A stretch of DNA of 64,000 nt from Candidatus Marinacidobacterales bacterium (GTDB lineage Bacteria; Acidobacteriota; Vicinamibacteria; Marinacidobacterales; DATDRI01): positions 736,001 to 800,000 of the forward strand of contig OZ244742.1 of the NCBI GenBank assembly GCA_965219415.1, given 5' to 3'. Under the pieces are notes generated by a model. The model saw nothing but the letters and a program-made list of their open reading frames with translations. It made no database searches and was not told the origin of the DNA. Numbering within the stretch: the first letter of the stretch is position 1; each line of letters opens with the position of its first letter. Below, one piece after another: positions 51,423 to 61,002 of this stretch. Position numbers and translations under genes: made by a program.

Positions 51423-52220
51423 TCAACCCGCGGCGTCGGAGGGGGCCTCCCGCCGGTCCCGAAGGAGCCGCGTCGGCACTCCACCCGCAATGTGGTAATC
51501 GGGGACGTCCTCGAGAACTACACCGCCGGCCCCAATAATAGCATGTTTACCGATTCGCACTCCGTCGGCGACCACGACATGGGCCCCCACCCAGGCGCCT
51601 TCGTCAATCGTAACTCCTTGCGCGGTGCGCCCTTGCTCGGCAACCGGGACATCGGTTCTCTCGTGCAGGTGGTCTCCGCCGACAATATAGGCATACGCCG
51701 CAATGAGCACTTGCTTCCCGATCCGAACGTCGCCGGCGGCGGCAATCTCACAGTTGAAACCCACGTTGGCCTTCTCTCCGAGGTGGATGTTGCCGTTCTT
51801 GCAGGAAAGGATGGTGTTGCGACCGACCCAGACACCGTCGTCCAGATCGATGCCACGATTATCCTGTCCCTTCGCATCCAGCAGACAATTGTCGTCCACC
51901 ACGATGTTCGAGCCGATACGGATCTTGTGCGGATGGCGTAGGACGACGTTTTGCCCGAAGGTCACGTTGCGCCCGCACGACCCGAGGAGCAGCGGGTAGA
52001 GTTTGCTTCTCAAGTACAACCCTAAGGCTCCCGGAACCCACGACGACAGCATCGTCACCAATTCGTAACCGAGGAGTGGCAGAAAACCGCTCCTTCCGAT
52101 GACGAACTCGCTGTATTTTGTGACTTTGCTCTTGTTCTCGTCGAAAAGCTCCTGCTGGGCCACGCCGATCCGGGGATCGTTCTTCCGGTCGGAGCTTGCG
52201 GGCGACGCCATGACACTCAT
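51423..52220 (-). CDS. Hexapeptide-repeat acyltransferase
   Basis: Left-handed beta-helix repeats, AWVGA, IIGAGGVV..DVP, GGVP. Confidence 0.88.
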   Translation of the reverse strand: MSVMASPASSDRKNDPRIGVAQQELFDENKSKVTKYSEFVIGRSGFLPLLGYELVTMLSSWVPGALGLYLRSKLYPLLLGSCGRNVTFGQNVVLRHPHKIRIGSNIVVDDNCLLDAKGQDNRGIDLDDGVWVGRNTILSCKNGNIHLGEKANVGFNCEIAAAGDVRIGKQVLIAAYAYIVGGDHLHERTDVPVAEQGRTAQGVTIDEGAWVGAHVVVADGVRIGKHAIIGAGGVVLEDVPDYHIAGGVPTRLLRDRREAPSDAAG

Positions 52221-52229
52221 TCTAACGGT

Positions 52230-53210
52230 CTAAAGCCAACCCTGCGAGCGATAGTAGTCGAGCGTCTGGCGGATCCCTGGCTCCAGGTCGACCTCCGGCT
52301 GCCACCCGAGCTCCGTCCGGGCCTTGTCGATCTTGAAGGCCCGATGCTTCAGGAAGAAATCCAGGCGACGGCGATAAAGAGGCGGCTCGAGACCGAGAGG
52401 GCGGAAAATACCTTCGCAGACGACGGCCGCGGCATACATCGGCCCCGCAGGAAGTCGCCACCTCGGAGGAGGCACGTTGGCGGTACGAGCGATGATCTGG
52501 AGCAGCTCGTTGACGGTCGTATAGCGCTCGCCGGCAATGATAAAGGTCTTCCCCTTCGCGGAGGGGACTTCCGCGGCACGCATGAAACCGCGCGCCACGT
52601 CCTCGACGTGCGTGAGGTGGTAGAAGACGTCACCCTTTCCGATCATGGGGAAGTGGCGACGGGCGATGCCCCGAAAGAGCTTCAGAAAACGACGGTCTCC
52701 GGGCCCGTAGATCCCGACCGGGCGCATGACGACGACGTGAAGTCCCCGCTCCCGGTGCATCGAAAGGAGCAGCTTTTCCGCCTCCACTTTGGTTTCTTGG
52801 TAGATGTCCCCGGGATTGTAGGGAGCCTCCTCATCGGCGGGAGGCTCGGCCACTTCCCCGTGCACGCCGCAAGTGCTGCAATAAATGAGCGGCACGCCGC
52901 CTTCCGAGAGAGCGGCCTCGGCTAGACGCCGGGTTCCTTCGACATTGACGTCGTAGTACACCCGATCCGGGAGCTTGGCCTCACGATAGACGGCGGCGAG
53001 ATGAAAGATGCGCTCGGTGCCAGCGACGGCCCGGCGGATGCTCTCATCCTCGGAGAGATCGCCTTGAACCAGTTCCGGCGAGAGCCCCCCCAACAGGTCC
53101 AGACGACTCGAAGGACGCACGAGAACACGAACCTGGTGGCCGGCCTCGGTCAGTAGCCGGACCAGGTGGCTACCCGTGAACCCGCTCGCTCCCGTAACCA
53201 GGACGTTCAC
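52230..53210 (-). CDS. NAD-dependent epimerase/dehydratase
   Basis: GTG start 53210, VTGASGFTG, HLAA, YQETK, IYGPGD. Confidence 0.9.
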   Translation of the reverse strand: MNVLVTGASGFTGSHLVRLLTEAGHQVRVLVRPSSRLDLLGGLSPELVQGDLSEDESIRRAVAGTERIFHLAAVYREAKLPDRVYYDVNVEGTRRLAEAALSEGGVPLIYCSTCGVHGEVAEPPADEEAPYNPGDIYQETKVEAEKLLLSMHRERGLHVVVMRPVGIYGPGDRRFLKLFRGIARRHFPMIGKGDVFYHLTHVEDVARGFMRAAEVPSAKGKTFIIAGERYTTVNELLQIIARTANVPPPRWRLPAGPMYAAAVVCEGIFRPLGLEPPLYRRRLDFFLKHRAFKIDKARTELGWQPEVDLEPGIRQTLDYYRSQGWL

Positions 53211-53419
53211 CGCCTCATCCTCCAGCGCTTCGTCGCGCCTTTTCGGTCTCGCGCATCCTCGGAACCCCTTAGGGCCCTGTATCTTGGGGGCTCTGGACTT
53301 CGCCTTTCCCGCGTGGTAGTCTAACGCTTTTTGGGGCCGCCCGGGGCTCCCTTTGGGGGTTCCCAACCACCACCGCGCGGGCGCGCTGAATCGTCAACGT
53401 TTTAGGAGGAAGCACCAGA

Positions 53420-54442
53420 ATGAAAGCGGAACGATCAAGCTGTGGCGTCGCTTTGCCGGCTCTGCTCGTGGGAGCTGCTTTGCTCACCGGCTGCGGCAGC
53501 GACGAAAGCACCAATGGTTCGACATCAGTCAGTGTCACGATCACTGCGCCAACGATTGTAGGCCCGGACGGTGCCAGCGTCGGCGAACGACCCACGTTGG
53601 TGGTCGCGAACGTCACGGTCAGCGACGGAAGTGGCGCAACTTACACTTTCCAGGTTGCCACCGATTCCAACTTCGCGAATATCGTCGCCGAGAGCGGCGC
53701 TGTGGAAGAGGATGGCAGCGGTGAGACGTCGTGGCGAGTGAGGTCGGCCCTGAGCGGGGGAGACCACTTCTGGCGAGCTCGCGCCGTGGCAAGCGGTACG
53801 GAAGGGCCATTTTCTTCCGTCGCGGACTTCGACGTCAGCAAGAATGTCAAGGACCCGGAAGGTCGTGAGATCCTCTTCGACCCTCTCACCAACGGTAGGA
53901 CCGAAGCCACCCGGCAAGGTGGAGGAAGGCTCACTCCGGAAGGCTGGTTGGTCACTACTCGCTTCGATTTCCTTCGTTACGAGATTCGAACGCTCGAAGC
54001 TGGATCCGTCGAGTGGCAGATGACCGGGCTCGAGGTGGAGAACAACCGGTCCAACGAGTTCATGGTCATGGGGATGTGGGACCCTGACGACGGCGCCTTC
54101 CGAGAAAACGCCTACCGCGTACACGTCTTGAAGATCCACCCTCCACAGCACAACCCTCCGTTTCTCCGAATGCGGTGGATCTCGGGGGGCGACTTGGGGG
54201 AGGAGGGAACCAACTTTCTGCGTTGGGATCCCAACCAGGTCTACACGTGGCTGTTGGAGTGGGGACCGGTCAGCGACGACTCGAATTTCGCATTCTTATA
54301 CCTCGACGGCCGTTTGATGCTCGAGATCGAGTACGATCCGCCCTATAGACCGAGTAACCACACTGTAGAGATGGGGATCGCGGCGCGAGCGGAATCCATC
54401 ACCGACGCAGTCTATTCGAACGTCAGAATCTTCGAGAGATAG
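53420..54442 (+). CDS. Lipoprotein of unknown function (Ig/Fn3-like + beta-sandwich), paralog 1
   Basis: Lipobox LLTGC, YTFQVATDSNF, HFWRARA, FDPLTNG. Confidence 0.75.
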   Translation: MKAERSSCGVALPALLVGAALLTGCGSDESTNGSTSVSVTITAPTIVGPDGASVGERPTLVVANVTVSDGSGATYTFQVATDSNFANIVAESGAVEEDGSGETSWRVRSALSGGDHFWRARAVASGTEGPFSSVADFDVSKNVKDPEGREILFDPLTNGRTEATRQGGGRLTPEGWLVTTRFDFLRYEIRTLEAGSVEWQMTGLEVENNRSNEFMVMGMWDPDDGAFRENAYRVHVLKIHPPQHNPPFLRMRWISGGDLGEEGTNFLRWDPNQVYTWLLEWGPVSDDSNFAFLYLDGRLMLEIEYDPPYRPSNHTVEMGIAARAESITDAVYSNVRIFER

Positions 54443-54503
54443 GACCGACCGGGCTGGGCTCCATCCACGATGGGGCTCGGCCCACTTGCTATTAGAGGGA
54501 CGG

Positions 54504-55535
54504 ATGAAACAACTGGCAAAAAACAAACTTTTCTTTCTAACAGCTTTGACCGTCGTGGCCGGATTCGTCCACGGCTGCGGCGATGACTCACCTTCCGGGC
54601 CGAGCGTCACCATTACCGCGCCGGGCGTCGTAACTCCAGCATCGGGCAGCGAAACCAGCGACACGAAACCCACCTTGACGGTCGCGAACGTGACGGTGAG
54701 CAACGGTGCCTCGGCCTCCTACATGTTCCAAGTGGCCACAGATTCTGGATTCACCGAAATCGTCGCTGAGATCGAAGGCGTCGGAGAAGATGCCAGCGGC
54801 CAAACCTCTTGGAAGGTGACGGTGAATCTCGGCAACGGCGAGCACTTCTGGCGTGCGCGAGCCAGGGCCTCGGGTATCGATGGACCCTTTTCTGCGGTGG
54901 CGGATTTCGATGTGCTGACCGCCTTCAAGTCCAACCAGCCGCGAGGCGGCGTCCTGGTCTTCGACCCACTGACCAACGGATCGACGGTTGGGACACGTCG
55001 CGGTGGTGTCTTCACCGACCAAGGCTGGTTGGTGAATGCGCGCTCCAATCACATTATCTATAACCTGGATACGATCCCGGCTGGGTACATAGAGTGGGAC
55101 ATGACGGGTTTGGCTATCGGAAATATCGGTGCTGGAGCCCGCCATCTGGTGGTGATGTGGGACCCCAGCGCCGGCAGCGACTTCACTACCAATCCCTTTC
55201 GCGCCAGCATCCAGAAGCAAGATCGGACTTCGACCAGCACTCTGAGATACCTACGCATCCGCTGGATCTCCAACGGGAAACAGATCGATGGGTTCAGTGC
55301 GTTTCTCGGCTGGAGGGCCGACCGAGTCCATCACTTCCGTTGGAAATGGGGACCTGAAGGCTCGGAGAACCGTACCTTTGTGCGACTTTTCATCGACGAC
55401 ATCGAGCGTATCTTCTTCGAGTACAGGCAACCGTACACGCCCGCCGTCCACCGCATCGAGCTCGGGGCCAGCATGCGTTTCGAGACGCCCGAAGGGGCGA
55501 TCTATTCGAACGTGGAGATCGGAGTGCAGGAATAA
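54504..55535 (+). CDS. Lipoprotein of unknown function, paralog 2
   Basis: Lipobox VHGC, YMFQVATDSGF, HFWRARA, FDPLTNG; colinear with paralog 1. Confidence 0.75.
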   Translation: MKQLAKNKLFFLTALTVVAGFVHGCGDDSPSGPSVTITAPGVVTPASGSETSDTKPTLTVANVTVSNGASASYMFQVATDSGFTEIVAEIEGVGEDASGQTSWKVTVNLGNGEHFWRARARASGIDGPFSAVADFDVLTAFKSNQPRGGVLVFDPLTNGSTVGTRRGGVFTDQGWLVNARSNHIIYNLDTIPAGYIEWDMTGLAIGNIGAGARHLVVMWDPSAGSDFTTNPFRASIQKQDRTSTSTLRYLRIRWISNGKQIDGFSAFLGWRADRVHHFRWKWGPEGSENRTFVRLFIDDIERIFFEYRQPYTPAVHRIELGASMRFETPEGAIYSNVEIGVQE

Positions 55536-55556
55536 TCGGCGGAAGTTACTTCTCGA

Positions 55557-56576
55557 TTATTTCTCGGGCGAGAGGATCTGTCGGATCGCATAAGGGGGGC
55601 GAGAGCGCGTTTCGTGGTAGAGGCGCGCGAGTAGCTCCCCCAGCAATCCCAAACTCACCAGCTGAAGTCCGCTGAACATTAGCAGGATAGCCAGCAGAAG
55701 CAGGGGTCGCCCCGAGATCGGCTGGCCGAGCCCGTATTTGACCCAAGTCAAGTAGCCCCCCAAGACGAATCCGGCACCGCCCAACAAGAAACCTACCGAT
55801 CCGAAGATTTGCAAGGGTCGGCTCGAATAGTTCAAGAGAAACTTGACCGTCAGCAGATCCAGCAGGACGCGAAGGGTGCGCGTGATGCCGTACTTGGACT
55901 GCCCTTCTTGGCGCGGACGATGCGACACGACGACCTCGTCAATATCTACCCCCATCCAGCTTGCAACGGCAGGAATGAAGCGGTGCATCTCGCCATAGAG
56001 TTGAATATTCTTCGCTACTTCCGACCTCATGACTTTCAGGGTGCAACCGTAGTCGTGGAGATGAACACCGGTGGTGAACGATATGAGGCGGTTTGCGATC
56101 TGTGAAGGGACTCGGCGCGAGAGCAAGGGATCTTGCCGTTGCTTCCGCCAGCCGCACACCATATCGAAGCCCTGTTCCAGCCTCTCGACCATCGCGGGAA
56201 TGTCCGACGGATCATTCTGGCGGTCGCCGTCCAACGTGACCACGATCGATCCCCTGGCATGATCGAACCCGGCCGCCAGAGCCGCCGTTTGACCGAAGTT
56301 TCTCCGAAAGCGGATGACGCGTACCCGCCGATCGTTGCTGTGCAGCGAGCTCAAAATGGCAAAACTGGCATCGGTGCTGCCGTCGTCCACGAATAGCATC
56401 TCGTAGGCACGGCCGTACGTTCCGAGCACGTCCGTGAGCTCTCGGTAGAGCGCCGACAAGTTTCCTTCTTCGTTCAGGACCGGAACGACGACGGAAATCT
56501 CGGGGACCTCCGAGATCGTACCGTTCCCGCGAGAAGCCGCGGCGGCTTCCGTGTCTCGGGTCATCTCACTGCCCAT
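55557..56576 (-). CDS. GT2 polyprenol-phosphate glycosyltransferase (ArnC/DPM-like)
   Basis: VVPVLNE, VDDGSTD, RNFGQTAA, LDGDRQNDP, HDYGC, GEMHRF, two C-terminal TMs. Confidence 0.9.
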   Translation of the reverse strand: MGSEMTRDTEAAAASRGNGTISEVPEISVVVPVLNEEGNLSALYRELTDVLGTYGRAYEMLFVDDGSTDASFAILSSLHSNDRRVRVIRFRRNFGQTAALAAGFDHARGSIVVTLDGDRQNDPSDIPAMVERLEQGFDMVCGWRKQRQDPLLSRRVPSQIANRLISFTTGVHLHDYGCTLKVMRSEVAKNIQLYGEMHRFIPAVASWMGVDIDEVVVSHRPRQEGQSKYGITRTLRVLLDLLTVKFLLNYSSRPLQIFGSVGFLLGGAGFVLGGYLTWVKYGLGQPISGRPLLLLAILLMFSGLQLVSLGLLGELLARLYHETRSRPPYAIRQILSPEK

Positions 56577-56584
56577 GGAGGGAC

Positions 56585-56594
56585 AGTATATACT
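56585..56594. promoter_or_regulatory. Palindromic double -10 element (candidate bidirectional promoter)
   Basis: AGTATATACT gives TATACT on both strands in the 38-bp gap between divergent GT2 and gatC. Confidence 0.55.
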
Positions 56595-56614
56595 ACCGGC
56601 CTCAGACGAAGACC

Positions 56615-56923
56615 ATGGCAAGAATCACCCAGAAGGACGTCGAGAACATCGCCGCGCTCGCGCATCTCGAACTCACGGTGGAGGAGAAACAGAAGTTCGC
56701 CAAACAGCTGGGATCGATACTCGCTTACGCCGAGGGTATCGAAGCGCTCGAGACCGATGGCGTCGAGCCAACGTCTCATGCGCTGCTTCGAGACGACGCC
56801 TTCCGTGAGGATGAAGAAACGCCGTGCTTGCCACAGGACGAGGTGCTCCGCATCGCGCCCGACTCGTCTAAGGAGACCGCGAAGAAGGACGGATTAGTCA
56901 AAGTTCCCAGGGTGATTCCGTGA
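56615..56923 (+). CDS. gatC: Asp/Glu-tRNA amidotransferase subunit C
   Basis: VENIAALAHL, VEPTSH, FRED, VPRVI; coupled to gatA. Confidence 0.92.
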   Translation: MARITQKDVENIAALAHLELTVEEKQKFAKQLGSILAYAEGIEALETDGVEPTSHALLRDDAFREDEETPCLPQDEVLRIAPDSSKETAKKDGLVKVPRVIP

Positions 56924-58383
56924 ATCCGACCGACCTTACCGCGGTCGAGATTCGCGAGCAGATCGCCAAAGGATCGTTATCGTCTCGCGACGTGACCCGC
57001 GCTTTCGTGGAGCGCACCGATCGGCTCGAGCCAAAGGTACGCGCGTTCTTGTGTCGGACTTCGGAAGAGGCCCTTGCGCGCGCCAAGGAGCTCGACGAGC
57101 GTCAAGCGCGAGGCGAATCCGCCGGCAGACTCCATGGCGTGCCGCTGGCGGTCAAAGACATCATCTCGGTGAAGGGAACGCCGTGCACCTGCGGGTCACG
57201 GATCCTCGAAAACTACGTCCCACCCTATGACGCCACGGCCGTCGCTCGTCTTTTGGCCGAGGGCGCCGTTCTCCTCGGCAAATGCAACCTGGACGAATTT
57301 GCGATGGGATCGTCGACCGAGAATTCCGCATTCCATCCCACCAGCAATCCATGGGATCTGGGACGCGTACCCGGGGGCTCGAGCGGTGGCTCGGCCGCCG
57401 CCGTCGCTGCGCGTGAAGTACCCGCCGCCTTGGGTACGGACACCGGAGGATCGGTCCGGCAACCGGCGGCGCTCTGCGGCGTCACCGGACTCAAGCCGAC
57501 GTACGGACGCGTCTCTCGCTATGGCCTAGTTGCCTTCGCATCCTCGCTCGATCAGATCGGCCCTCTCACCCGCTCCGCCGAAGACGCCGCATTGCTCCTC
57601 GAAGTCACCGCCGGTCACGACCCTCTCGATGCCACGAGCGCCCCCGAGCCCGCCGAAGATTATCTCCAGCAACTGAAGCAAGACGTCTCGAAACTCCGAA
57701 TCGGCATTCCGCGTGAGCTCCCTAGCGAGGGCCTCGATCCGGACGTGTTGGACTGCTACCGCTCGGCCATCGCGACTTTCGAAGAGCTGAGAGTCGAGGC
57801 GGTCGAAATCGATCTACCCACTTCGTCGCACGCCGTTGCGTGTTACTACTTGATCTCAACATCCGAGGCGAGCTCCAATTTGGCCCGGTACGACGGCGTT
57901 CGCTATGGCCTGCGAGCTAGCGACGCGCAAAACCTTCAGCAGATGTACCGGCAGACAAGGGAAGAAGGCTTCGGCGCCGAGGTGAAACGCCGCATCATGC
58001 TGGGAACCTATGTTCTTTCGGCGGGATACTACGATGCGTACTACCTCAAGGCCCAGAAGGTACGGACGCTGATTGCCCGCGATTTTCAGCAGGCGTTCGA
58101 GCGCGTGGACGCTGTTGCCCTCCCCACTACACCGACCCCGGCCTTCGAGCTCGGAGAGAAACTCGAAGATCCATTGCAAATGTATCTCTCCGACGTGTTC
58201 ACGATCACCGCCAACTTGGTCGGCATCCCCGGTATCAGTGTTCCCGCCGGGTTCAGCGGAGGCGGACTACCCATTGGCTTTCAGCTCTTGGGGAAGCACT
58301 TCGCGGAAGCAACTATCCTCCGCCTCGCTCACGCTTTCGAGCAGGCGACCGACGTCGCGAAGAAGCGCCCTCCGCTGGACTAA
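56920..58383 (+). CDS. gatA: Asp/Glu-tRNA amidotransferase subunit A
   Basis: DEFAMGSSTE, PGGSSGGSAA, DTGGSVRQPA, SNLARYDG, EVKRRIMLG, YY.KAQ. Confidence 0.96.
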   Translation: MNPTDLTAVEIREQIAKGSLSSRDVTRAFVERTDRLEPKVRAFLCRTSEEALARAKELDERQARGESAGRLHGVPLAVKDIISVKGTPCTCGSRILENYVPPYDATAVARLLAEGAVLLGKCNLDEFAMGSSTENSAFHPTSNPWDLGRVPGGSSGGSAAAVAAREVPAALGTDTGGSVRQPAALCGVTGLKPTYGRVSRYGLVAFASSLDQIGPLTRSAEDAALLLEVTAGHDPLDATSAPEPAEDYLQQLKQDVSKLRIGIPRELPSEGLDPDVLDCYRSAIATFEELRVEAVEIDLPTSSHAVACYYLISTSEASSNLARYDGVRYGLRASDAQNLQQMYRQTREEGFGAEVKRRIMLGTYVLSAGYYDAYYLKAQKVRTLIARDFQQAFERVDAVALPTTPTPAFELGEKLEDPLQMYLSDVFTITANLVGIPGISVPAGFSGGGLPIGFQLLGKHFAEATILRLAHAFEQATDVAKKRPPLD

Positions 58384-58868
58384 GCCGGGTCGATCGGTTG
58401 CACTTCGTGCTGAGCTCGATGACGAACCAGGATCCGTTTCAAAACGACGTACGCGATCATTGCGGCGGCCACGGAAAGAATCAAATTCCCGACGAAGAAG
58501 GGTAGCAACAAGTTCTCGAAGTCCGAAAACATCTCCTTCCAAAACGAGGTATTCAGCATCGTTTCCCACGAAACCTCGGCGAACTTGTTATCCAAACCCA
58601 GAATGTAGAAGCCTAGGGCCGTACCAATCGATGCCACTGGGGCGATGGTCCAAGGGTTATTGACGTAGACGCCGATCAGGAGAGCCAGGCGGTTGAGCTT
58701 GAATAGGAAAGCGGTGGCCAATCCCATGATGGTGTGAAGTCCGAGGAACGGCGAGAAACTGAAGAAGACCCCGATCGAAAATGCCAACGCGGTGCGCTCG
58801 GGGCTGTCCCCGAGGTGAAGCAGCCGACGCAGAAACCCGCGGAGCCAGCCCAGCTTCTTGTCACTCAT
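58380..58868 (-). CDS. DUF2062 membrane protein
   Basis: DSPERTALAFSIGVF..FSPFLG.HT, NNPWT. Confidence 0.85.
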   Translation of the reverse strand: MSDKKLGWLRGFLRRLLHLGDSPERTALAFSIGVFFSFSPFLGLHTIMGLATAFLFKLNRLALLIGVYVNNPWTIAPVASIGTALGFYILGLDNKFAEVSWETMLNTSFWKEMFSDFENLLLPFFVGNLILSVAAAMIAYVVLKRILVRHRAQHEVQPIDPA

Positions 58869-59935
58869 GTCGTTCGGCCATCGGCCGGGCGCATCCGGAA
58901 GTGTTCCCATCCGGCGGGCTCGAGGACGCGTTCTATTCCGTCGCGCGCGACCAGTCGGATGCCCTCGCTGGCCTTCGTGACCTCGCCGATCCGAGTTATG
59001 GGAACTTCGAGCTCCGCCCTTAGTTTCTCGAGCCGCGCCTCTTTGCGCGTGGTAAACAAAAGCTCGTAGTCTCCCCCGCCCGCCAAGGCGACGTCGAGGG
59101 GTGATTTCTTTTTCAACCGTTCCCAGGCCAGAACGCCAGGATGGATCGGCAGAGCCGTTTCCTCGATTAGCGAGCCCACCTTACTAGCCGTGCAGAGGCG
59201 ATTCAGGTCCCGGGCCAAGCCATCCGAGAGGTCGATGCAGGAACTCGCGATGCCCTGTTCGCAAAGGACCTTGCCGAGCTCCACCCGTGCTTCCGGATCC
59301 ATATGCGCGTGCAAGCATTGTTCCGCCAACGGAAGCGGGCCCCCGCGCAAAGCGCTGGGAATAATCAGCGCACCCGATGCGGAAACGACCATCCCTTCAT
59401 TGAGGAGGCCGAGACCGGTCGCCGACGCGCCGAGCCTTCCCGATACATATATCGCGTCGCCGGCTCGAGCTCCGCTTCTGCGCAGGAGCCTCCCCTTGCG
59501 TGTCGCGCCGACAACGCTCACGTCGACCACGATGGGGCCCCGTGACGAGGAGAGGTTCCCTCCCACCAGAGCGAGGTCGAGCTCACCGGCGTGCGCAAGG
59601 AGACCATCGAAGAGCTCCAAGAGCTCCCCGACGCCGGTCTCCGCCGGCGTCACCAGAGAAAGCAGCGCCGCCACCGGACGCCCTCCCATGGCAGCGATGT
59701 CGCTGGCATTGATGGCGATCGCCTTACGGCCGACGAATCGTGGGGGCAGCGTCTGGCGTGTAAAGTGCACGCCCTCGACCATGACGTCCGTAGACACCAA
59801 GGTTTGCTCGCCATTGGGAATCGCGAGCGCCGCTGCGTCATCGCCGATTCCGAGCCTCACCAGCGGCCCAGGCTTCGGCACTAGATCGCGGACGCGCTCT
59901 AGGAAACGATCTTCACCGAGGTCGGAGAGCTTCAC
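58865..59935 (-). CDS. thiL: Thiamine-monophosphate kinase
   Basis: GIGDDAA, EGVHF, NASDIAAMGG, IDLSDGL, GGGDYEL, GWEHF. Confidence 0.93.
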   Translation of the reverse strand: MKLSDLGEDRFLERVRDLVPKPGPLVRLGIGDDAAALAIPNGEQTLVSTDVMVEGVHFTRQTLPPRFVGRKAIAINASDIAAMGGRPVAALLSLVTPAETGVGELLELFDGLLAHAGELDLALVGGNLSSSRGPIVVDVSVVGATRKGRLLRRSGARAGDAIYVSGRLGASATGLGLLNEGMVVSASGALIIPSALRGGPLPLAEQCLHAHMDPEARVELGKVLCEQGIASSCIDLSDGLARDLNRLCTASKVGSLIEETALPIHPGVLAWERLKKKSPLDVALAGGGDYELLFTTRKEARLEKLRAELEVPITRIGEVTKASEGIRLVARDGIERVLEPAGWEHFRMRPADGRTT

Positions 59936-60002
59936 AGGAACCCGGCTTGACCCAAATGGAGCGGATCAGCAAGCGTACATTGTGGAGGGAGACCAACTTT
60001 GA

Positions 60003-60176
60003 AGTAGCCCCGCTTTGCCGTGTGAGAAACCTATTTGAACCTCGTTTCCAAGTGGGTCATCTCCCTCTCACTTAAGGCTTCCTCGCGAGGAGGCTTGCGC
60101 ATGGTGAGAGCTCGACAACCCGTTCAAATAGATGTTGGCTCAAAATATTTGTTCCCATCACTAACAAAGCAGGGCA
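60003..60176 (-). ncRNA. ssrS: 6S RNA
   Basis: Canonical position downstream of zapA; terminal stem CCCTGCTTTG/CAAAGCGGGG, TTTGAGCC/GGTTCAAA and GGGTTGTC/GATGACCC arms; own promoter. Confidence 0.85.
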
Positions 60177-60182
60177 AGTTCG

Positions 60183-60211
60183 ATTCTATGCCTCTCCGCA
60201 GAGAGTTTCAA
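60183..60211 (-). promoter_or_regulatory. sigma70 promoter of 6S RNA
   Basis: TTGAAA-17-TAGAAT. Confidence 0.7.
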
Positions 60212-60528
60212 GAGACAACTTCCGATTGGTCTTCCCCGAGGACCTCGTCCAGAGCCTCGCTCAACTCATTGGCCTGCTCCGACACTCGCACTCGCGAATC
60301 CTCGTGTTTGCGTTGCAGCTTGAAGTACTCATCGGCGATATTCAGTGCCGCCAAGATGGCGATTCTCAGCGTGTCCCCGGTACGGCTCGACTCGGTGATA
60401 CTCTTCATCTTGGAGTCCACGTAGCGGGCCAGATCCGCGATGTAACCTCGGTCTTCGTCGCCCCGAACTTTGTAGGTTTCACCAAAAATCTCAACCGGGA
60501 TCAGCTTGGCATCCGTTTTTTCTTTCAT
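60208..60528 (-). CDS. zapA: Cell division protein ZapA
   Basis: VEIFGETY, LARYVDSKM, AILAALNIADE. Confidence 0.92.
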   Translation of the reverse strand: MKEKTDAKLIPVEIFGETYKVRGDEDRGYIADLARYVDSKMKSITESSRTGDTLRIAILAALNIADEYFKLQRKHEDSRVRVSEQANELSEALDEVLGEDQSEVVS

Positions 60529-60563
60529 ATCATTTAGCGGTCGGTCTGGCCGACTCGAGGCTC

Positions 60564-60592
60564 ATTCTAGGCGAGTAGGCGCGGCAATTCAA
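60564..60592 (-). promoter_or_regulatory. sigma70 promoter of zapA
   Basis: TTGAAT-17-TAGAAT. Confidence 0.65.
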
Positions 60593-60635
60593 CATGGACC
60601 GAGGGGGGCTGTGAATCCGACGCGCTTGGTGTTGA

Positions 60636-60950
60636 TCAGCCGGCCGAACTGGAGCTCGAATCCCCTTCCAACTTCTGAAGGAGGTGAGAGATTTTTTCGC
60701 GGATCTCTTTACGCTCGCGCCGGAGCAGATCTAGCTGTGCGGATTGAGCCGACTTGAGTTGTCGTCGAGGGGGGCTGCTCTTCTCTTCGCCGGTCTCCGA
60801 TTCCACCGACTCGAGGCGGCTCTTGAGCTCGGCCAACTCACCGGTGAGGGCCTGGTTGCTCTCCCTTAGCCGGCCGATGAGCTTTGTGGCCTCGCGAACC
60901 CTCTTGCCGAGGTGCTCCAAATCCCGCGGCTGGTGGGATTTCTTTGCCAT
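60636..60950 (-). CDS. ZapB-like coiled-coil protein
   Basis: Start ATG 60950; heptad coiled coil, ER..IREKI..LL.KL; upstream of zapA. Confidence 0.7.
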   Translation of the reverse strand: MAKKSHQPRDLEHLGKRVREATKLIGRLRESNQALTGELAELKSRLESVESETGEEKSSPPRRQLKSAQSAQLDLLRRERKEIREKISHLLQKLEGDSSSSSAG

Positions 60951-61002
60951 GACGTCAGTGCCAAGGATCGGTGTGACGATGAAGACGATCTTCCAAAAGC
61001 GC

